Shown in pieces: positions 41,179 to 52,761 of a stretch of DNA of 64,000 nucleotides (positions are counted from its first letter, which is position 1; every line of letters begins with the position of its first letter). The translations under genes were made by a program, and so were the position numbers. The stretch comes from Ignavibacteriota bacterium (GTDB lineage Bacteria; Bacteroidota; Ignavibacteria; UBA10030; CAVZMI01), in the NCBI GenBank assembly GCA_963835935.1, contig CAWIHK010000006.1, forward strand, positions 44,119 through 108,118. The letters are read 5' to 3'. The notes under the pieces were generated by a model. That model searched no databases, had not been told where the DNA came from, and was given only the letters and a program-made list of their open reading frames with translations.

Positions 41179-42048
41179 ATGGCAGACGTTTTTCCTTTTC
41201 AAGCGCTTTACTATAATCCGGCAAAACTAAAATTACAGCAGGCTTTTTCACAACTCGATTCCGGCGCCGAAACTCCTCCGGCTTATCACATCTCGCGTTT
41301 GCTTACACCGGATGACGATGCGGTGCGGACTAATCTCATTCAACAGTGGACGAAAGAGGGAATTATAACAACCGATGAATCAAAAGATTTTTATATTCTG
41401 CGCCAGAGTTTTTCCGGAGAAGGCGGTATAAAATTCAGTCGCACGGGGTTTATAGGGCTTTGGAATCTTCCTGAAGCTATCCTAAATCAGTATTGTGAAG
41501 ATTCATACGATGGGCCGGTTGAGTCGGATGTCCTATCATTTCGGCCATTGCTGGGATTTTATGACGATACACTTAACAGAATCGATCGGTATATATCATT
41601 TGCGATCAAATCGATTCCGCTGCTCGATTGTGTGAGTGGCGATGTGCGTTCCACAATATGGAAAATCAATGACGGCGGTTCGATTGCAGGAATTTCGCGT
41701 GAGATGAAAACGAAAAATATTCTTCTTGCGTCTGCAAAACAGGATATGCAGCGTTATTGTGTTTTTTATCGGAAGCAAAATATTCCTCCGGCGAATGCGT
41801 TATTCATGACTCTGTTATTTAACGTGAGAGAGGAAGGGATCGTTAATTCAGCGTGGAATCGCTTGATGGGGACTCAAAACAAATTGAGAATTAATGAATT
41901 AAAAAATGAAATTGGTTATGAGGGTAATACACTCGATCACGTGATGATTTCTGTGCTCGACAAATCGGACACGGTGGTCGGGGAAGAATTCGATCTCTAT
42001 CCGCCATTACCGGTTGGTTTGATCTTTCATTATATCTCGAAACTCTGA
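41179..42048 (+). CDS. DUF1015-like hypothetical protein
   Basis: N-terminus 'MADVFPFQALYYNPAK' resembles DUF1015 family start; shorter than typical. Confidence 0.35.
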   Translation: MADVFPFQALYYNPAKLKLQQAFSQLDSGAETPPAYHISRLLTPDDDAVRTNLIQQWTKEGIITTDESKDFYILRQSFSGEGGIKFSRTGFIGLWNLPEAILNQYCEDSYDGPVESDVLSFRPLLGFYDDTLNRIDRYISFAIKSIPLLDCVSGDVRSTIWKINDGGSIAGISREMKTKNILLASAKQDMQRYCVFYRKQNIPPANALFMTLLFNVREEGIVNSAWNRLMGTQNKLRINELKNEIGYEGNTLDHVMISVLDKSDTVVGEEFDLYPPLPVGLIFHYISKL

Positions 42049-42086
42049 TTGTCAGCAAGTTGTTGTAATAAAAAAAGGGATCGTCA

Positions 42087-44090
42087 GTGCAAAAATTATT
42101 ATTCGGCTCTCTCGTCTTTCTTTTTATGATGTTGTCGGAAAGCCCGGCAAGCACCACCGGAATTTATCATTACGAATTAAACATAAATCTGGCCGGGTGT
42201 TTCCAGAATAATCTCCCACAATTTTCGGCACATGAAAAAATTTATTACCGGACAGTTTCACCATATCCATCACAACTCACATTTGATTGTGTACAACTCA
42301 CAATCGATTCAGTCAAAATAGGATCGACAAGAAAGAATGATTCTACGACGTTGGCGAACATTATCATTCCAGTCAGTTCGGCTGATTTTCAAACAGACAC
42401 TACGGTTATCAATATCTGGTATCGTTATGTCGGAACGGGAACTCGTGGTTTCTATTATTATTCTGAAGAAGCAGGAGCAACCTTGGCTCCGCTTGTATAT
42501 ACAATGAGTGAACCGACCGACGCGCCTTACTGGTTTGTAACTGTGAATGATAATAAAGTAAAACCATCACTCAACACAAATATTACAGTTCCTGTCGGAT
42601 ATCAGGCGGCGTCGAATGGGTTGTTGATGAATACAGTCGCGAATGCCAATAGTACTGTCACCTTTCAATGGCAGGAAACTCACCCGATTGCAATGTATCT
42701 CATATGCTTCACTTGTTCGCAGTACAGAGAATTTTCAGCCTACTACCATCGTGTCACAAATCCTGCCGACTCAATTGAAATAAAATATTATATCTGGAAC
42801 GATGACTACGATTCGCCCCTGACCGATCAAATTACTCATAGTGCGGTGAAATGTTTTGTCAATGTGCCTCGAATGTTGGAATTTTATTCCCGGACATACG
42901 GAGAATATCCTTTTGATAAATATGGAATGGCGGCTGTTTATCCATTTGCTTTCGGCGGAATGGAACACCAAACGATGACCACCATCCACCGGCACTGGTT
43001 GGAAGTCCAAAAAGGACTTGCTGAACGCGGCTTCGACGAAGATGCAATTGCCCACGAGCTGTCTCACCATTGGTTCGGCGATTTGATTACGTGTGAAACA
43101 TGGAACGACATCTGGCTGAATGAAAGTTTTGCCACTTATTCCGAAGTGCTGTGGGAAGAATTTCTTAACGGCCAACAAGGAAAGCTTGTTCGATTGCAAA
43201 GGGGAATGAATTTTTCCAATCCCAACTGGCAGTATACGGTCTATGCGCCGCAAGGATACATTTTTGGAGATGAAGTGTACAACAAAGGTGGCTGGGTGCT
43301 TCATATGTTGCGGTCGTATATCGGCGACTCTTCTTTCTTTCGTTCGTTACGTTCCTACGTAGCCGATTCGACGTATCGATATAAAACAGCTCGTACCGAT
43401 CAATTCACTGCTCTCGTTCAAAAAATTTCAGGAAAGAATCTCACAAAATTTTTCGATCAATGGCTTAACCACGTCGGATGGCCGGTGTATGAATATTCTT
43501 CGCGGCAAACTCCGGTCGGCAGTGATTATCTTATAACGATCCATCTTGAGCAAGTGCAAAACGATCCAACGAAGTCGGGTGATATTCCGCGAGACGGGAC
43601 GATATACGAAATGCCGGTCGAGTTTCGCTTTTATTCGGGTGCCAGTGACACGACAATCACATTTATGAATTCGAAAGAAGAAGATGTTTTTTCGGTATCC
43701 TTGCCATATAAAATCGATAGTGTAGCTTTCGATCCTGATTTAAAGATTCTTAAGCAATTATATAATGTGAACATAGTGACGAATGCGGGTCAGTTTGTCG
43801 TGCCGGTGCCAAGTTCGTACAAATTGTATCAAAATTATCCTAATCCGTTCAACCCATCTACAATCGTCAAATATGATCTTCCTGTTGCAGGAAATGTTCG
43901 AATCGAAGTGCTCGACGTTCTGGGCCGTGTTGTCGCTACGATAATTGACGAGTTCAGGCTTCCCGGATCATTCCTTCTGACATGGGACGGCCATGATTAT
44001 CGCGGGAGTGCGCTCCCAAGCGGAGTTTATTTCATGAGGATGAAGTCGAATACTTATTCCTCGGTAAGAAAAATAATGATACTGCGATGA
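42087..44090 (+). CDS. M1-family zinc aminopeptidase with T9SS C-terminal sorting domain
   Basis: 'HELSHHWFGDLITCETWNDIWLNESFATY' (HExxH-x18-E); 'GAMEN'-like 'GGMEH'; C-terminal 'LYQNYPNPFNPSTIVKYDL…' CTD. Confidence 0.8.
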   Translation: MQKLLFGSLVFLFMMLSESPASTTGIYHYELNINLAGCFQNNLPQFSAHEKIYYRTVSPYPSQLTFDCVQLTIDSVKIGSTRKNDSTTLANIIIPVSSADFQTDTTVINIWYRYVGTGTRGFYYYSEEAGATLAPLVYTMSEPTDAPYWFVTVNDNKVKPSLNTNITVPVGYQAASNGLLMNTVANANSTVTFQWQETHPIAMYLICFTCSQYREFSAYYHRVTNPADSIEIKYYIWNDDYDSPLTDQITHSAVKCFVNVPRMLEFYSRTYGEYPFDKYGMAAVYPFAFGGMEHQTMTTIHRHWLEVQKGLAERGFDEDAIAHELSHHWFGDLITCETWNDIWLNESFATYSEVLWEEFLNGQQGKLVRLQRGMNFSNPNWQYTVYAPQGYIFGDEVYNKGGWVLHMLRSYIGDSSFFRSLRSYVADSTYRYKTARTDQFTALVQKISGKNLTKFFDQWLNHVGWPVYEYSSRQTPVGSDYLITIHLEQVQNDPTKSGDIPRDGTIYEMPVEFRFYSGASDTTITFMNSKEEDVFSVSLPYKIDSVAFDPDLKILKQLYNVNIVTNAGQFVVPVPSSYKLYQNYPNPFNPSTIVKYDLPVAGNVRIEVLDVLGRVVATIIDEFRLPGSFLLTWDGHDYRGSALPSGVYFMRMKSNTYSSVRKIMILR

Positions 44091-44097
44091 ATCAACT

Positions 44098-46023
44098 ATG
44101 GCAGAAGACCGTGTCGATATTCATATCGCAATCACACCGGAAGAAATCTCGCTTGAACAACGATTGAGTTCGCTGCCGACGGAGCCCGGTGTCTATTTGT
44201 ATAAAAATGAAACCGGGAAAGTGATCTATGTCGGGAAAGCGAAAAACCTGCGGAACAGAGTGCGGCAATATTTTCAAAAGTCGCGCCCGCAAATGCCGCG
44301 AATCGATGTCATGGTTAAACAGATTTCCGGCGTCGATCTTATTTTAACGGATACAGAAGTCGAAGCGCTGATTCTCGAAGCCAATCTTATAAAAAAATAC
44401 AATCCCAGGTACAATGTCCTTTTGAAAGATGATAAAAGTTACCCGTACATTGTGGTGACTAACGAGCCTTACCCTCGTGTTTTTGTCACACGGAGAATAA
44501 TTAAAGATGGTTCGACTTATTTCGGGCCATACGCGGATGTCTCGACGATGCGAACTGCATTAAAAACTGTTCGAGATGTTTTTAGAATCCGCAGCTGCAA
44601 TTATCATTTGGATGACGAGTCGGTTGCAAAGCGCAAATTCCGTTTGTGCCTTGATTATCACATTAAAAAATGCGACGGCCCGTGCGAAGGCCTGATTAGC
44701 CGTGAACAATATGCAAAGATGATTGAGGAAGTAAAGGAGTTACTGCATGGAAGAATTTCCTCGCTTGTAGAAAAATTACAGCTTCAGATGCAAGATTTAT
44801 CTGAGAGAATGGAATTCGAGGAAGCGGCCGTCGTTCGTGATAAAATTGATGCATTGAATGTTTACACGGGAAAGCAGCGAGTCGTCGATCTTGAACATAC
44901 GGAGCGCGACATAGTTTCCTATGCCGCAGAGGATGACGACGCATGCGGAGTAATTTTCAAAATACGAGATGGAAAAGTGGTCGGCCGTCATCATTATTAC
45001 ATGAGTAATGTTGACGGGAGGGAACATGAAGAAATTTTATTGAATCTTTTAGAACGATATTATCTGGAAGCAGAAGATATTCCGGTTGAAATCATGATCC
45101 CCGAATCGATTACGGAAGAAACGACGCTTGAGAAATGGCTTTCAGAAAAAACGAATCAGAATGTGAAGATTATTCTTCCGATTGAAGCCGAACAGAAGAA
45201 GCTGATCGCATTTTGCCAGACAAATGCCAAATACTTATTGGACGAATTAAAACTGCAGAAAGAGCAGCGCGAGGATTTCATCCCGAAAAGTATTTCTGCG
45301 CTTCAGGAAAATCTTCATCTTCCAACTCTGCCGCGCCATATAGAATGTTTCGATATATCGAACACACAGGGAACGGACACCGTCGCTTCGATGGTGGTGT
45401 TTGCCGACGGTAAACCGAGGAAATCCGAATACAGGAAATTTAAGATTACATCGGTCGACGGTCCGAACGATTTTGCAAGCATGCAGGAAGTTATTCATCG
45501 ACGTTACAAACGGTTGATCGAAGAACAAACAATTTTTCCGGATCTCATTCTAATCGACGGTGGTAAAGGTCAGTTATCGAGCGCTCTTGAAGCGCTTCAC
45601 CAATTAGGAATCGAGAATCAGCCGATCATTGGTTTGGCGAAACGCCTGGAAGAAATTTTTCGTCCGGGCGACAGCGATCCTTATCCAATTCCAAAAACTT
45701 CAGCCGGGCTGCGGTTATTACAGCGAGTTCGGGACGAAGCCCACAGATTTGCGATAACTTACCACAGAAGCTTACGCGCGAAACGTACTCTTCGCACTGA
45801 ACTCAATCTCATTGAAGGAATCGGAAAAAAACGTGCAAAGGAATTGCTTGAGACGTTCGGATCGGTTCAAGGAGTTGTATTCGCAACCCACGAGCAACGT
45901 GCCGCGGTTGTTGGAGAAAAGGTTGCCCGGAAAATAATGGAGCATTTTTCAATCGATTCCGATCAACAGAATGGGAATGCAAATAATCTTGCAATAACGA
46001 ACGATCACAGTTCATCTTTTTAA
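44098..46023 (+). CDS. uvrC: Excinuclease ABC subunit C
   Basis: GIY-YIG 'PGVYLYKNETGKVIYVGKAKNLRNR', UvrBC, RNase H-like and HhH domains in order. Confidence 0.95.
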   Translation: MAEDRVDIHIAITPEEISLEQRLSSLPTEPGVYLYKNETGKVIYVGKAKNLRNRVRQYFQKSRPQMPRIDVMVKQISGVDLILTDTEVEALILEANLIKKYNPRYNVLLKDDKSYPYIVVTNEPYPRVFVTRRIIKDGSTYFGPYADVSTMRTALKTVRDVFRIRSCNYHLDDESVAKRKFRLCLDYHIKKCDGPCEGLISREQYAKMIEEVKELLHGRISSLVEKLQLQMQDLSERMEFEEAAVVRDKIDALNVYTGKQRVVDLEHTERDIVSYAAEDDDACGVIFKIRDGKVVGRHHYYMSNVDGREHEEILLNLLERYYLEAEDIPVEIMIPESITEETTLEKWLSEKTNQNVKIILPIEAEQKKLIAFCQTNAKYLLDELKLQKEQREDFIPKSISALQENLHLPTLPRHIECFDISNTQGTDTVASMVVFADGKPRKSEYRKFKITSVDGPNDFASMQEVIHRRYKRLIEEQTIFPDLILIDGGKGQLSSALEALHQLGIENQPIIGLAKRLEEIFRPGDSDPYPIPKTSAGLRLLQRVRDEAHRFAITYHRSLRAKRTLRTELNLIEGIGKKRAKELLETFGSVQGVVFATHEQRAAVVGEKVARKIMEHFSIDSDQQNGNANNLAITNDHSSSF

Positions 46024-46213
46024 AAAGTCAGCCTTTTCGATAAATCTTTTATTTTTAATTAAAGTTTGAGACATATATTCCGATATATTTAATAATGAAT
46101 ATTTAAAATGCATATTCATCACTATGTCAGTTCCTGACTTCAATTAGTAGGATTTTAATAACAATAAATGGTTTAATTCTGATTTTTCATCTGAAAATAA
46201 AAAGGAGTGTGTA

Positions 46214-47044
46214 GTGATCATGGACCAAGATATCAAAGTTGTGATAGCTGCACCAACATTTCAATCGTCATTTCATACATCTCTTTGTGAGCATCACAAG
46301 AAGTGGTTTAAACCGCACGAGATGACGTTACGGTCTGTGACAGACGACCCGAAAGAACAAAAAAATAGTTTACTCAGAGCGCTCGCACAAACAAAACCTA
46401 CTGCTTTAATTGCTATTTCGATACGGCCGGATATCGATGTTGTTGAGGCATACTCTGCTGCGAACGTACCGATCGTATTGATTGACGAAGAGATGCTCAA
46501 CGTGTCGACAATTACCACGGACAATTTCATGGGTGGATGCCTTGCGGGAGATCACCTGATTTCGAAAGGCAAAAAAAAGATCGCCATTGTGGCCGGCAGA
46601 ACTGGTGTGCAGGGTGGATACAACGCGGATCAGAGAATCAAAGGATTCAAGCATGCAGTGGGTTCTGCAAAGATGACCGTATCTCCATCATCCATTTTCG
46701 AAGTGATACGTTATTCTCGTGAGGAAGGAATGGAAATCTTTCCGAAATTAATGGATATTGGCGTCGATGCCGTTTTTTGTGCTGCGGGAGATCATTGTGC
46801 CTTTGGACTGATTAGTGCAGCAAAAGCCATGAATAAAAAAGTTCCTGACGACATTGCCATCGTAGGCTTTGATGATTTGCGCATCGCGCAGCTTTCTAGT
46901 CCTATGCTTACAACTATCAAGCAACCTTTGGAGAAAATAGTCGAAGCTGCGTATGACATGGTTGTAAATCAAAGAGACGAAATTCTTCGTAAGCCGCAAA
47001 AGATCGTATTAAAACCGGAACTTATAGTTCGTCAATCATCATAA
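46214..47044 (+). CDS. LacI-type periplasmic-binding-fold ligand-binding domain protein lacking the N-terminal HTH
   Basis: '…VGFDDLRIAQLSSPMLTTIKQPLEKIVEAAYDMVVNQ' matches LacI C-terminal domain; upstream AT-rich DNA encodes no HTH. Confidence 0.5.
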   Translation: MIMDQDIKVVIAAPTFQSSFHTSLCEHHKKWFKPHEMTLRSVTDDPKEQKNSLLRALAQTKPTALIAISIRPDIDVVEAYSAANVPIVLIDEEMLNVSTITTDNFMGGCLAGDHLISKGKKKIAIVAGRTGVQGGYNADQRIKGFKHAVGSAKMTVSPSSIFEVIRYSREEGMEIFPKLMDIGVDAVFCAAGDHCAFGLISAAKAMNKKVPDDIAIVGFDDLRIAQLSSPMLTTIKQPLEKIVEAAYDMVVNQRDEILRKPQKIVLKPELIVRQSS

Positions 47045-47379
47045 AAAAAGGTAGGATATTAATCGACAAAATCGTTGGTGATTCTATTTAATTCCAGGTA
47101 GAATGAGTTAGGCGATATAATATCGGAAATCCGACAGAAGATTATTGTGGTAGAAAAGAGTTTTCAGCCTCAAGTGAAGAATATTTCCAATCTCGCAATT
47201 CATGGGAACATATTACCATTCGTAGTTGTTGCATAATAATAAAGTCGTATGTTTTACTGATTGTTGGACTGTAAAAAAATGATATTGAGAGAAAAATCGA
47301 AAACTAATTTTAAATCAACTTGACAAACTCCAAGAAATGTTATATACTTAATTTATCAATTATACGATTTGGAATTTAA

Positions 47380-47502
47380 ATGAATAACTTTATGCTGGAA
47401 AGAATCTCGATGTGCGGAATGGGAGCAATGGCATTCTGTTGTTGTCGAATGCGATTCTTCGCAGCGTCGGCGGGTAAAAGTTGTTCATCAAATTATTTTT
47501 AA
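47380..47502 (+). CDS. Candidate Met/Cys-rich leader peptide (40 aa: MNNFMLERISMCGMGAMAFCCCRMRFFAASAGKSCSSNYF)
   Basis: 6 Met + 5 Cys codons in 40, clustered 'MCGMGAMAFCCCRM'; located ~190 nt upstream of metY, followed by terminator hairpin. Confidence 0.45.
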   Translation: MNNFMLERISMCGMGAMAFCCCRMRFFAASAGKSCSSNYF

Positions 47503-47582
47503 CAACACTATTTTGATGCGACATTCCCAAGACCAGACGTCGCGGCCAAGGGAATGAGGAAATGAGGCAAAACGATTTTTAA

Positions 47583-48989
<1,407 letters not shown>

Positions 48990-49008
48990 ATTTAAAAAAG
49001 GATATACG

Positions 49009-49923
49009 ATGAAAGCAAATAGTATACTTGAAACTATCGGCCGGACTCCACATGTGCGGCTAAACCGATTATTTCCGGAGAAAGAAGTCTGGGTGAAACT
49101 CGAACGAGTTAATCCCGGTGGAAGTATAAAAGACCGCATCGGATTAGCGATGATCGAGGATGCGGAACGGCGGGGAATTCTCAAACCTGATTCAGTGATT
49201 ATCGAACCCACTTCCGGAAATACCGGAATTGGATTGGCAATGGTTGCGGCTGTAAAAGGCTACAAACTCATTCTTGTTATGCCGGAATCGTTCTCCGTAG
49301 AGCGGCGAAAATTAATGGCGGCCTATGGCGCGCAATTCGATTTGACTCCGCGTGAAAAGGGAATGACAGGAGCCATCGAACGTGCTCAAGAACTCGCGGC
49401 CAAAACACCGAATGGCTGGGTGCCGCAACAATTTGAGAATGAAGCAAACATTGAAATTCACAAAAAAACAACCGCGAAAGAAATTCTGGAAGATTTTCCT
49501 GAAGGCTTCGATTACATCATCACCGGTGTCGGCACAGGCGGACATATCACGGCTGTGGCTGAAGAGTTGAAAAAAGTTTTCAAGAAACTGAAAGTCTTCG
49601 CTGTCGAACCCGCGGCATCTCCAGTCATCAGCGGCGGCAAACCGTCGCCGCATGCAATTCAAGGGATTGGCGCAGGTTTCATTCCGAAGAATTTGCATCT
49701 AGATGCCATTGATGGCGCGATTCAAGTTACAAAGGAAGAAGCTTTTGAATACGCTCAACGTGCGGCGCGTGAAGAAGGAATTCTTGTCGGTATTTCATCA
49801 GGTGCGTCATTAGCTGCTGTAGCGAAGAAACTTCCGGAACTTCGTCCTGGCGGAAGAATTCTTACGTTCAACTATGATACCGGCGAGCGTTATCTTTCGG
49901 TTGAGGGATTTTTTCCGATCTAA
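49009..49923 (+). CDS. cysK: Cysteine synthase (O-acetylserine sulfhydrylase)
   Basis: '[11 protein letters not shown]', '[11 protein letters not shown]', '[11 protein letters not shown]'. Confidence 0.9.
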   Translation: MKANSILETIGRTPHVRLNRLFPEKEVWVKLERVNPGGSIKDRIGLAMIEDAERRGILKPDSVIIEPTSGNTGIGLAMVAAVKGYKLILVMPESFSVERRKLMAAYGAQFDLTPREKGMTGAIERAQELAAKTPNGWVPQQFENEANIEIHKKTTAKEILEDFPEGFDYIITGVGTGGHITAVAEELKKVFKKLKVFAVEPAASPVISGGKPSPHAIQGIGAGFIPKNLHLDAIDGAIQVTKEEAFEYAQRAAREEGILVGISSGASLAAVAKKLPELRPGGRILTFNYDTGERYLSVEGFFPI

Positions 49924-49992
49924 GAAATTCCAAAACGTTCTGGACACCGGTAGAGTACTTGGTTATGTCGGTGTCCGGAACGGTTGAAGCGA

Positions 49993-50024
49993 ATGAATTT
50001 TAATCTTCATGAATTTTAATCTTC
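49993..50024 (+). repeat. Perfect tandem 16-mer (ATGAATTTTAATCTTC)x2 ~60 nt upstream of the MbfA-like gene; candidate operator
   Basis: Read directly; followed by 'caacttgcaactga'. Confidence 0.6.
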
Positions 50025-50084
50025 CAACTTGCAACTGATTCTTGTTTCTCCTACTTTACTTAGTACAAACTAAATCCACGAACT

Positions 50085-51059
50085 TTGTTACAATATCTTT
50101 TTGAGGAGAATTTCATGCGATCATTTGAAAGTCTTTCTGAAAAAGAAATTCTTGCACTGGCCATCTCACAGGAAGAAGAAGACAGCAAAATTTATGACAA
50201 CTTCTCCGACGGCCTACAATCAGACTATCCCCAACAAGCCGGGGAATTTGCCAAAATGCGCGATGAAGAAAACGGGCATCGTCACCGGCTCATCGAGTTG
50301 TACAGAGCGAGATTTGGTGAACATATACCGCTCATCAGGCGCGAAGATGTTCGTGGGTTTGTCAAGCGAAAACCGTTTTGGCTGATCAGGCCTCTCAGAC
50401 TTTCAGCCGTACGCAAACACGCGCAGGAAATGGAGTTTGAAACTTGCCGGTTCTATGAAGTGGCAGCAAGAAAAACTACGGATGCAGGTATCAGACAATT
50501 ATTGGGCGACCTTGCCAACGAAGAACGAAAACATATTCAGTCAGCACAGCATATGGAAGAAACGGCGATGGCTGAATCAGAAGAAGCTACTCAACAGCGC
50601 CTGTTTCTATTGCAAGTTATTCAACCCGGACTTGCAGGATTAATGGATGGATCAGTTTCTACTCTAGCGCCGCTTTTTGCCGCAGCATTTGCTACACACA
50701 GCAGTTGGGATACATTCCTCGTCGGACTCGCAGCAAGTATCGGAGCCGGCATCAGCATGGGATTTGCTGAAGCGCTTTCGGATGACGGTTCACTAACCGG
50801 ACGAGGACATCCGTGGATGCGTGGTGGAATTACCGGTCTCATGACGACATTGGGTGGCTTGGGCCACACACTTCCTTATTTAATTCGAAATGTTTACACG
50901 GCTACTGTTGTTGCAGTGATTGTTGTAATGATTGAACTTGATGTAATCGCATGGATCCGTCACAAATTCATGGATACACCGATATGGACTGCAATTTTCC
51001 AGGTCGTGGTCGGTGGAATACTTGTATTCGCGGCGGGAGTGTTGATTGGGATTTCGTGA
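50085..51059 (+). CDS. MbfA-like membrane-bound ferritin/Er-VIT1 iron exporter (start probably 50115)
   Basis: N-terminal rubrerythrin/erythrin-like 4-helix region (E…EExxH pairs) and C-terminal VIT1/CCC1 TM domain '[22 protein letters not shown]'. Confidence 0.65.
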   Translation: MLQYLFEENFMRSFESLSEKEILALAISQEEEDSKIYDNFSDGLQSDYPQQAGEFAKMRDEENGHRHRLIELYRARFGEHIPLIRREDVRGFVKRKPFWLIRPLRLSAVRKHAQEMEFETCRFYEVAARKTTDAGIRQLLGDLANEERKHIQSAQHMEETAMAESEEATQQRLFLLQVIQPGLAGLMDGSVSTLAPLFAAAFATHSSWDTFLVGLAASIGAGISMGFAEALSDDGSLTGRGHPWMRGGITGLMTTLGGLGHTLPYLIRNVYTATVVAVIVVMIELDVIAWIRHKFMDTPIWTAIFQVVVGGILVFAAGVLIGIS

Positions 51060-51257
51060 GCCAACTGCGTCCGCTAAAGTGGACTTCGTTGACTAATATT
51101 TCTCAATTTATACATTGAAGAAGAATCATTATTTGAGGTAAGTTTCATTTTTCATCTTTATCAAGATTAGAATATTTCTTGCTTGGATACAGTAACCGAT
51201 TCTACTCGGAATTAATTTTTTTGAAGACTTTGAATGCATAATTCGAGAACGGAAAAA

Positions 51258-52052
51258 CTATTCAGCCATTTCATTTCTTATATCTTCTAGTAATTCCTGT
51301 AAGAAATTAGATCGATCAAATTTCAACCCTTTTTCAACTATTGCACGAGCTTCTACCAATCTGCCTTGCCTATAGAGGAAGCGTCCTAGGTGGTCGTAGA
51401 AAGCAAAAAATTCCGGATTTGATTGGAGATTATCTCTTAATAAAGCCTCTACCCGGGAATATTTTTTCTCCAGTTCAAAAACTAGCGAAAGATATCTTTT
51501 TGCCCACCACTCTTCCCATTTCGATTTTGGCGAGGACAAAGCTTGCAGGAGGTGATACTCGGCGCTATTATAATTCGAGAGTGAGAAGTATGCCAGACCG
51601 AATGCCATGTGAATTGTATTGTCATTTTTTTCGGAAGCTGTAAGAATGGAATTTAGCCAATCAATGGTGTGTGTTGCATGCCCGAGAATAATTGCCGTAA
51701 GTGATCTATCGAATATCAAATAGAGTTTAGAGTGCTCATCCCATGTTCCCATATCTAATAGTTCGTCTGCCTGCAGAACATTCATCTTTTTATAAGCGCG
51801 GGGGGAGAAAAACCAACCTGCGATAAAACCACTCATCCTCTCCGCCTGTGCGAGGCAGAGAATCTTCCAATTTTTCTCTTCTTCGCTTAAAGAATCAAGA
51901 TTCCGATCTTTCAGAACACTCACGATTCTTGATGAATCGAAGGGATCTTCCATTAAATAGAAATATATATCCTTGTAATTAATCCCCTGGCCTTTTGCGG
52001 TGATAAATGCGGAGCAAGCTATCATTAGGATTAATAGGATTTTCTTAATCAT
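51258..52052 (-). CDS. Secreted TPR-like repeat protein (ORF-track 5' extension to 52226 rejected)
   Basis: Internal Met 'MIKKILLILMIACSAFITAKGQ' gives a signal peptide; helical repeat composition. Confidence 0.45.
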   Translation of the reverse strand: MIKKILLILMIACSAFITAKGQGINYKDIYFYLMEDPFDSSRIVSVLKDRNLDSLSEEEKNWKILCLAQAERMSGFIAGWFFSPRAYKKMNVLQADELLDMGTWDEHSKLYLIFDRSLTAIILGHATHTIDWLNSILTASEKNDNTIHMAFGLAYFSLSNYNSAEYHLLQALSSPKSKWEEWWAKRYLSLVFELEKKYSRVEALLRDNLQSNPEFFAFYDHLGRFLYRQGRLVEARAIVEKGLKFDRSNFLQELLEDIRNEMAE

Positions 52053-52176
52053 TGATCTTACCTCCAAAATAAACCGGATACGTGCAGTAATATTACAGAA
52101 TAGAAGGAAAAGTGTCAACCGGGCATTCAAGACGAAGTTTCGTTCTGAAGTCTTTTTAAAACAGGACGCAGTTTGG

Positions 52177-52335
52177 CGGAGAGCGTAGGATTCGAACACT
52201 AAAGTGCCATCGTGCAAAAATCGCACGAAGGCCTACAAGTCCCGACTTCGTCGGGACACCGGTTTACCTGCCGAAGGCAGGTCCTTCAGGGCAAGACCGG
52301 TGCAATAATTTTTTCCCTACGCTATGTGCGAGCAC
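52177..52335 (-). other. Degenerate tRNA-Ser-derived sequence: anticodon arm to 3' end of tRNA-Ser with three GC hairpin insertions, lacking a matching 5' acceptor strand
   Basis: 22/22 nt identity to the tRNA-Ser 3' end (gcggagagcgtaggattcgaac) and to 'attgcaccggtcttg'; inserts 'ccctgaaggacctgccttcggcaggt', 'tcccgacgaagtcgggac', 'ccttcgtgcgatttttgcacgatggcactttagtg'. Confidence 0.5.
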
Positions 52336-52337
52336 AT

Positions 52338-52374
52338 GAAATAAAAAGAGCCAACTATAAAAATGGTTGGCTCT
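52338..52374 (-). terminator. Rho-independent terminator downstream of tRNA-Ser
   Basis: agagccaac…gttggctct 9-bp stem, T-run on minus strand. Confidence 0.6.
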
Positions 52375-52378
52375 TGAG

Positions 52379-52461
52379 CGGAGAGCGTAGGATTCGAACC
52401 TACAAGCCCTTGCGGGCGCCGGTTTTCAAGACCGGTGCAATAGCCGTTCTGCCAGCTCTCC
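52379..52461 (-). tRNA. tRNA-Ser (anticodon UGA), type II with long variable arm
   Basis: rc: GGAGAGC…CCGGTCTTGAAAACCGG…CGCCCGCAAGGGC…GGTTCGAATCC…GCTCTCCG; anticodon loop cTTGAaa. Confidence 0.8.
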
Positions 52462-52761
52462 GATATCACACGCGCAATAGTTGAGTCCCGACGTTTTATG
52501 TCGGGACGAAATCCCGCTCATAGTCTTTTTTTAAATAGCAGGCGGGACCGTTCTGCCAGCTCTCCCAAAAAATAGAGACTCTTATCCGGGAATCTCACCT
52601 AAAAGCAGTACAAATATACGAACACAAGGCTAATAATGCAAGGTTGCGAAAATCGAAAATTAATACGTGAAGTAAAATATATCTATCTTCCCGATTTAAA
52701 AAGTTTTTCCTTGATCCTCACAGGTTTTATTTTCCGAACTCTCTCCGGCCACTATAGAAAA

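Noticed and set aside
51258-52226. ORF-track 322-aa version of the TPR-like protein extending to 52226
   Set aside because: The N-terminal 58 codons have no signal or domain logic and run into the tRNA-Ser-derived region. Internal Met at 52052 gives a clean signal peptide (MIKKILLILMIACSAF…), so the 5' extension is treated as spurious.
52270-52300. 26-nt insertion in the anticodon loop of the tRNA-Ser-like copy as a genuine tRNA intron
   Set aside because: Bacterial tRNA introns are group I (hundreds of nt). This copy also lacks a 5' acceptor strand and has two further insertions, so a degenerate duplicate or att remnant is more plausible.
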